64,000 nucleotides of DNA from Mantamonas sphyraenae STR306 (Eukaryota > Protista > CRuMs): positions 372,001 to 436,000 of the forward strand of contig JAPMXV010000001.1 in the NCBI GenBank assembly GCA_026936335.1, written 5' to 3'. The number at the start of each line of letters is the position of its first letter. Positions within the stretch are counted from its first letter, which is position 1. Of this stretch, positions 58,159-64,000 are shown in pieces. The position numbers and the translations under genes are program-made. Under the pieces are notes generated by a model. The model did not search any database. It was not told the DNA's origin and saw nothing but the letters and a program-made list of their open reading frames with translations.

Positions 58159-60928
58159 TCATTCGAGGCGCTGGCGTTTGGAGGAGGAGGAGGAGGAGGA
58201 GGAAGGGTCTTTGCGCTTGGGGAGGGTGAAGGAGGGGATGGGGTAGGCGTTGACGAGTGCGGTGGTGGTGGGACGGGTGTTGATGTGGGGTGTAATGCGG
58301 TCGATGAGTGTGTGGAGGAGGGTGTGCAGTGTGGCGTCGCTGGGTTTGGGGGTGTCGAGCCAGGCGATCTTGAGGGAAAGGGAGGTGACACCACGGGTGA
58401 GGGTGTTGCTGATGGCAAGTTGTACCTGCTGGTAGGTGAAGTGTGGCCTGAGGAGGCGGACAAAGAAGGCCAGGTCGACAGGCGGCACGCCAACGTTGCC
58501 AAAGCGCCAGGATGATGTGTCGCAGCAGGGAGTTCAAGCTGCCGTTGTTGATCAGATCGCGCAGTGCCTGGAGCTCGTGTGTGTGCTGATGGCGAGGGTG
58601 CTTGGCTGCGCGTGCCTTCATGTGTGCCAGCAGCGTCTTGAACTCCCGCGCCGTGCAGCTGCCACGCTCGTCGCTGTTGGCGCTGCTCCAGCCACTGCGC
58701 ACAGAATCGGGATGCCACTTGTCCACCTTGTTGGTGGTGAAGTGCTGGTCGTAGTCGCATTGCGTCCAGTGTGGGTCGCTGTCGTTGTCAGCAGGGCGTC
58801 GTGCTTCCTGCAGCCACACCTGGGTCTGCTCGTGTTCCTTCCAGGTGCTGGGATGGGTCCTGTTGCCGAGTGTGTCCATCTCTGTCATGAGCAGGTGGAG
58901 AGGAGGGCGTAGTTGGGGTTGCCGTGGTCGTGTGGCTCCTCCAGCCAGCACACCTTCAACCCAGCCTTTGACACACCCATGGCCAGACCAGCGTTGTTGA
59001 TGGCATGGCTGCACGCTTCTTGATCCATGCCACGTCCGAGCAGGATGAGGCAGAGTGCCATGTCGCCCTGGGAGAGGGGAATGTTGCCCAGAGCGAGCTG
59101 AATCTGTCGGACCAGCGTGGTCGAGGTGCCATGGCAGACCACAACACGCGCCTGCAGGGTCATGAGGTCGGGGATGTCGTCGATGGGATGCTCGTTGGCC
59201 AGGGTGTGCAAGTGCTTCAGCAGTGCCGTGTGCTCCTTCTTGTTGCTGTGCATGCGCTCGCTCTTGCGCCAGTTTGTCCAACCACTGCGCACAACGCCAT
59301 CTGGCAGTCCCTCCTCCACGGCCATCAACTCCTCCTCTGTGGGCTCGGGCAGAACAAGCTTGGGTATGCGGAGGGTGTTGACGAGTGCGGTGGTGGTGGG
59401 GCGGGTGGTGATGTGGGGTGCGATGCGGTCGATGAGGGTGTGCAGGAGGGTGTGCAGTGTGGCGTCGCTGGGTTGGGGTTGTCAAGCCAGGCGATCTTGA
59501 GGGAGAGGGAGGTGACACCCCGAGCGAGGGTGGCGCTGACGGCATCGGCAACGTGGTGGTAGGTGAGGTGTGGCCTGAGAAGACGGACAAAGAAGGCCAG
59601 GTCGACAGGCGGCACGCCAACGTTGCCTAGCGCCAGGATGATGTGTCGCACAAGGGACTGCTTGCTGCCGTTGTTGATCAGCTCACGCAATGCATGGTGC
59701 TCGTGTGAGTACTGATGGCGAGGGCACTTGGCTGCGCGTGCCTGCATGTGTGCCAACAGCGTTTCGAACTCCCGCGCCGTGCAGCTGCCACGCTCGTCGC
59801 TGTTGGCTTTGCTCCAGCCACTGCGCACAGACTCAGGATGCCACTTGTCCACCTTGGTTGTGATGAGGTGATGGTCGTAGTCGCATTGTGTCCAGTGTGG
59901 GTCGCTGTTGTTGTCAGCAGGGCGTCGTGCTTTCTGCAGCCACAGCTGGGTCTGCTGGTGCTCCTTCCAGGTCGTGGGATGGCGTCTGTCGCCAAGAGTG
60001 TCCATCTCTGTCATGAGCAGGTGGAGGAGGGCGTAGTTGGGGTCGCTGTGGTCGTGTGGCTCCTCCAGCCAGCACACCTTCAACCCAGCCTCTGTCACAC
60101 CCACGGCCAGACCAGCGTCACGGATGGCGAATCTGCACGCCTGTTGATCCATGTCACGGCTGAGAAGGGTGAGGCAGAAGGCCATGTCACCCTGGGAGAG
60201 GGGAATGTTGCCCAGAGCGAGCAGAATCTGTCGGACCAGCGTGGTCGTGGTGCCATGGCAGACCACAACACGCACCTGCAGGGTCACGAGGTCGGGGATG
60301 TTGTCGATGGGATGCTCGTTGGCCAGGGTGTGCATGTGGTTCAGCAGTGCCGTGTGCTCCTTTTTGTTTCTGTGGCTGCGCTCGTCGCTGAGTCCCCCTG
60401 TCCACCCTTTGCGCACAACTCCATCTGGCAACTTGCTCGTCTTGTCACGCCTGCTTTCTTCCGTGCACCGTTGTCTCCGTTCTTGGCCCCCCTTGCCCGT
60501 GTGCTCGACGTTCCTGTCTCCGTGCCACTGCCAGTCGTGACCCTGTGCCCGTGCTTTCCATTCCATGTGCTGCTTTGTGTCCCAGAGCGACATCCGCTGC
60601 GGCCCCTCTGTCGTGTGCGGCGACTGCTTCGTTTGGGCAGCGACTGTTCATCCATGTTCTCCTGCTCCATGTCGTCTGTGTCGTCATCGCTATTGTCCCC
60701 AGGTATGGAATCCCCATCTATAGTGGTTGTTGACGTTGTGGTCGTGGCTGTGTGGTCTTGCGAGACGGGCTGAGCCCAGGCCTCGTCGCTCGCCTCGACA
60801 TACCGGAGCACGTCATCCTGAGTCATCCAATCGGTGTCGTGGAAGCGGTAGAAGCGCCCTGCGGGTTGTGCGGTGTCCACATACAGCGTTCCAGGCTCGT
60901 TGAAGCGTTCGGAGGAAAGGTTAGACAT
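58159..60928 (-). CDS. Unknown four-domain repeat protein, copy A (frameshifts at ~60447, ~59473, ~58900, ~58501)
   Basis: ATG MSNLSSERF at 60928; two 375-aa units, each of two homologous domains; C-terminal PKRK...KRQRLE. Frameshifts identified by comparison with copy B. Confidence 0.7.
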
Positions 60929-61454
60929 ATTGCGGCGCGCAGCAGGCGCAGGCGGCGGGGGAGGAGTGGTGTTGGATGTGTGCCGGCGGTTCGGATAGTG
61001 TAACAGAACAGGAACCCACACAAAGGACTGCATGGAGTTCTGTGGAGACGCGTAGCCGGGTGGGGAAAGATGATGCCGAGGAATGTAGCCTCGTTGCAGG
61101 TTCATTGGACCGAAACTGAGTGGAACACGATAGGGGGTAGGTTGGGATGGGCGTGTAATGATGCATGTGCGTGAAGGTTGGAGGATGGTTAGCATAGCGT
61201 GGACGGTTGGGCGCAACGAGGGACCTTTGAAGGCGGATGGAGCGGCAAGTGTGTGCAAAGGACGGTTGACGGAACCGAGATGCGAAACATGGAAGGGTAC
61301 TTACACGGAGTAGGGATGGTATGAGCGGAAGGGGGAACTGGTGTTGCTGTGAATGGTGAGAAGTTGTTGTTGGAAACGTTGGTTGGGCAGGTGAGGGTGA
61401 GTGGAATTTCGCACACGCCACTGAGGACAAAGGTGCGTGTGATACGTGTGAGTG

Positions 61455-64000
61455 TTACTCTAGGCGTTGGCGTTTGGAGGAGGAGGAGGAGGAGGAGGAG
61501 GAAGGGTCTTTGCGCTTGGGCAGGGTGAAGGAAGGGATGGGGTAGGCGTTGACGAGTGCGATGGTAGTGGGACGGGTGGTGATGTGGGGTGTGATGCGGT
61601 CGATGAGGGTGTGGAGGAGGGTGTGCAGTGTGGCGTCGCTGCGTTGGGGTTTGTCGAGCCAGGCGATCTTGAGGGAGAGTGTGGTGACGCCGCGGGTGAG
61701 GATGTTGCTGATGGCACCCACGACTTGCTGGTAGTTGAGGTGTGGCCTGAGGAGGCGGACAAAGAAGGCCAGGTCGACAGGCGGCACGCCAACGTTGCCC
61801 AGCGCAAGGATGACGTGTCGCAGCAGGGACAGCAGGCTGCCGTTGTTGATCAGCTCACGCAGTGCATGGTGCTCGTGTGCATGCTGATGGCGAGGTTGAT
61901 TGGCTGCGCGTGCCTTCATGTGTGCCAGCAGCGTCTGGAACTCTCGCGCCGTGCAGCTACCACGCTCGTCGCTGAGAGAGTGCGCTGCCCAGCCACTGCG
62001 CACAGACTCGGGATGCCACTTGTCCACCTTGGTGGTGGTGAGGTGGTGATCGTAGTCGCATTGTGTCCAGTGCTGGTCGCTGTCGTTGTCAACAGGGCGT
62101 CGTGCTTTCTGCAGCCGCAGCTGGGTCTGCTTGTGCTCCTTCCAGGAGGTGGGATGGGGCCTGTCGCCGAGAGTGTCCATCTCTGTCATGATAAGGTGGA
62201 GGAGGGCGTAGTTGGGGTCGCCGTGGTCGTGTGGCTCCTCCAGCCAGCACACCTTCAACCCAGTCTTTGTCACACCTGTGGCCAGACCAGCGTGGTTGAT
62301 GGTAACGCTGCACGCCTGATGATCCACATTACGGCCGAGGAGGATGAGGCAGAAGGACATGTCGCCCTGGGAGAGGGGAATGTTGCCCAGAGCGAGCTGA
62401 ATCTGTCGGACCAGCGTGCGCAGGGTGCCATGGCAGACCACAACACGCGCCTGCAGGGTCATGAGGTCGGAGATGTCGTCGATGCGGTGCTCGTTGGCCA
62501 GGGTGTGCATGTGGTTCAGCAGTGCCGTGTGCTCCTTCTTGTTGCTGTGCATGCGCTCGCTCTTGCGCCAGTGACGTCCAGCCACTGCGCACAACGCCAT
62601 CTGGCAGTCCCTCCTCCACGGCCATCAACTCCTCCTCTGTGGGCTCGGGCAGAACAAGCTCAGCGATGTCTATGGCGTTGACTGCGTCAACGGTGGTGGG
62701 ACGTGTGGTGATGTGGGGTTTGATGCGGTCGATGAGGGTGTGGAGGAGGGTGTGCAGTGTGGCGTCGCTGGGTTTGGGGTTGTCCAGCCAGGCGATCTTG
62801 AGGGAGAGGGATGTGACGCCGCGAGTGAGGGTGTTGCTGATGGCACCGTTCACATGCTCGTAGGTGAGGTGTGGCCGGAGGAGGCGGACAAAGAAGGCCA
62901 GGTCGACAGGGGGGACGCCAACGTTGCCCAGCGCCAGGATGATGTGTCGCACAAGGGACAGCTGGCTACCGGTGTTGATCAGCTCACGCAGTGCATGGTG
63001 CTCGTCTGTGTGCTCATGGCGAGGGTACTTGGCTGCGCGTGCCTTCATGTGTGCCAGCAGCGTCTGGAACTCCCGTGCCGTGCAGCTGCCACGCTCGTCG
63101 CATGTTGCAGCACCGGTCCAGCCACTGCGCACGGACTCAGGGCGCCATTGTTCCTCGGTGGTGGTGAGGTGGTGGTCGTAGTCGCATTGTGTCCAGTGTG
63201 GGTCGCTGTCGTTATCAGCAGGGCGTCGTGCTTTCTGCAGCCACAGCTGGGTCTGCTTGTGCTCCTTCCAGGTGGTGGGATGGGGTATGTCTCCGAGAGT
63301 GTCCATCTCTGTCATGAGCAGGTGGAGGAGGGCGTAGTTGGGGTCGCCGTGGTCGTGTGGTTCCTCCAGCCAGCACACCTTCAACCCAGCCTCTGTCACA
63401 CCCATGGCCAGACCAGCGTCTTTGATGGAATGGCTGCACGCCTGTTGATCCAACTCACGGCCGAGAAGGGTGAGGCAGAAGGCCATGTCGCCCTGGGAGA
63501 GGGGAATGTTGCCCAGAGCGAGCTGAATCTGTCGGACCAGCGTCAACTGGGCGCCGTGGCAGACCACAACACGCGCCTGCAGGACCATGAGATCGGAGAT
63601 GTTGTCTATGGGATGCTCGTTGGCCAGGGTGTGCATGTGTCTCAGCAGTGCCGTGTGCTCCTTCTTGTTGCTGTGGCTGCGCTCGTCACTGATTCCCGCT
63701 GTCCACCCTTTGCGCGCAACACCATCTGGCAACTTGTTCGTCTTGTCCACCCCTGCGTTCTTCCGTGCGCCGTTGTCTCCGTTCTTGGCCCTCCCTGCCC
63801 GTGTGCTCGACGTTCCTGTCTCTGTGCCACTGCCAGGCGTGACCCTGACCCTGCGCTGACCGCTGCCTTTCATATTTTGTGGACCAGTCTGTCGGCTAAT
63901 GTGGCCTCTGCGTCGTCGTGTGCGGACTCTTCTTGTGCACCTCGGCTGCCATTCGTCCGTGTTCTCCTGCTCCATGTCGTCTGTGTCGTCGTCGCTGTCT
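61455..64000 (-). CDS. Unknown four-domain repeat protein, copy B (5' end beyond right edge; frameshift ~62572)
   Basis: Paralogue of copy A at ~3.3-kb spacing, with the same domains and the same NLS-like tail. Confidence 0.75.

Larger units (their letters stand above)
58159..64000. repeat. Nested tandem repeat: ~3.3-kb gene duplication containing ~1.125-kb units
   Basis: LPDG motifs at ~59300, ~60425, ~62600, ~63725; stop codons at 58159 and 61455. Confidence 0.9.

Noticed and set aside
58159-64000. Transposon, CRISPR or DGR interpretation of the terminal repeats
   Set aside because: No transposase, RT or integrase motifs, TIRs/LTRs, or short repeat-spacer structure seen. Variation is not obviously adenine-restricted and no RT is present in the window.

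Overview
Eukaryotic (protist-like, GC-rich, flagellated) nuclear DNA with very high gene density: short GT-AG introns, intergenic gaps mostly under 200 bp, and most genes in head-to-head pairs. From left to right the genes are: nucleoporin TPR/Mlp1 (runs off the left edge), COMMD7, a SelS/VIMP-like protein, an ion-channel-type adenylyl cyclase, LRRC56, peroxisomal MFE-2 (two near-identical SDR domains plus hydratase, SCP2 and PTS1), a TMEM214-like protein, an Afi1/MesA DENN-type protein with a WH1-like insert, an LRR-BTB-BACK-MATH protein whose ATG overlaps the stop codon of an upstream HAD phosphatase, a LysM protein, eIF6, NDUFA9, a multi-TM cyclase with inverted catalytic domains, thimet oligopeptidase, a short OSBP, NDUFAF8, an Ariadne RBR ligase, an SDR relic, a BLTP3/UHRF1BP1-like protein, PRA1, a secreted Ser/Asp-Arg/Pro repeat protein, RecQ, a RibD-C-like reductase and an ankyrin/F-box-like ORF. 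The last ~6 kb is the most unusual part. It holds two tandem paralogues of a gene I cannot assign to a known family. Each is built from four ~185-aa homologous helical domains with a conserved scaffold, three hypervariable patches and a C-terminal bipartite NLS, making it a candidate diversifying modular nuclear (DNA-binding?) protein system. Several frameshifts fall in homopolymer or dinucleotide runs and may be assembly errors. All identifications are from motif recognition by eye; no searches were run.
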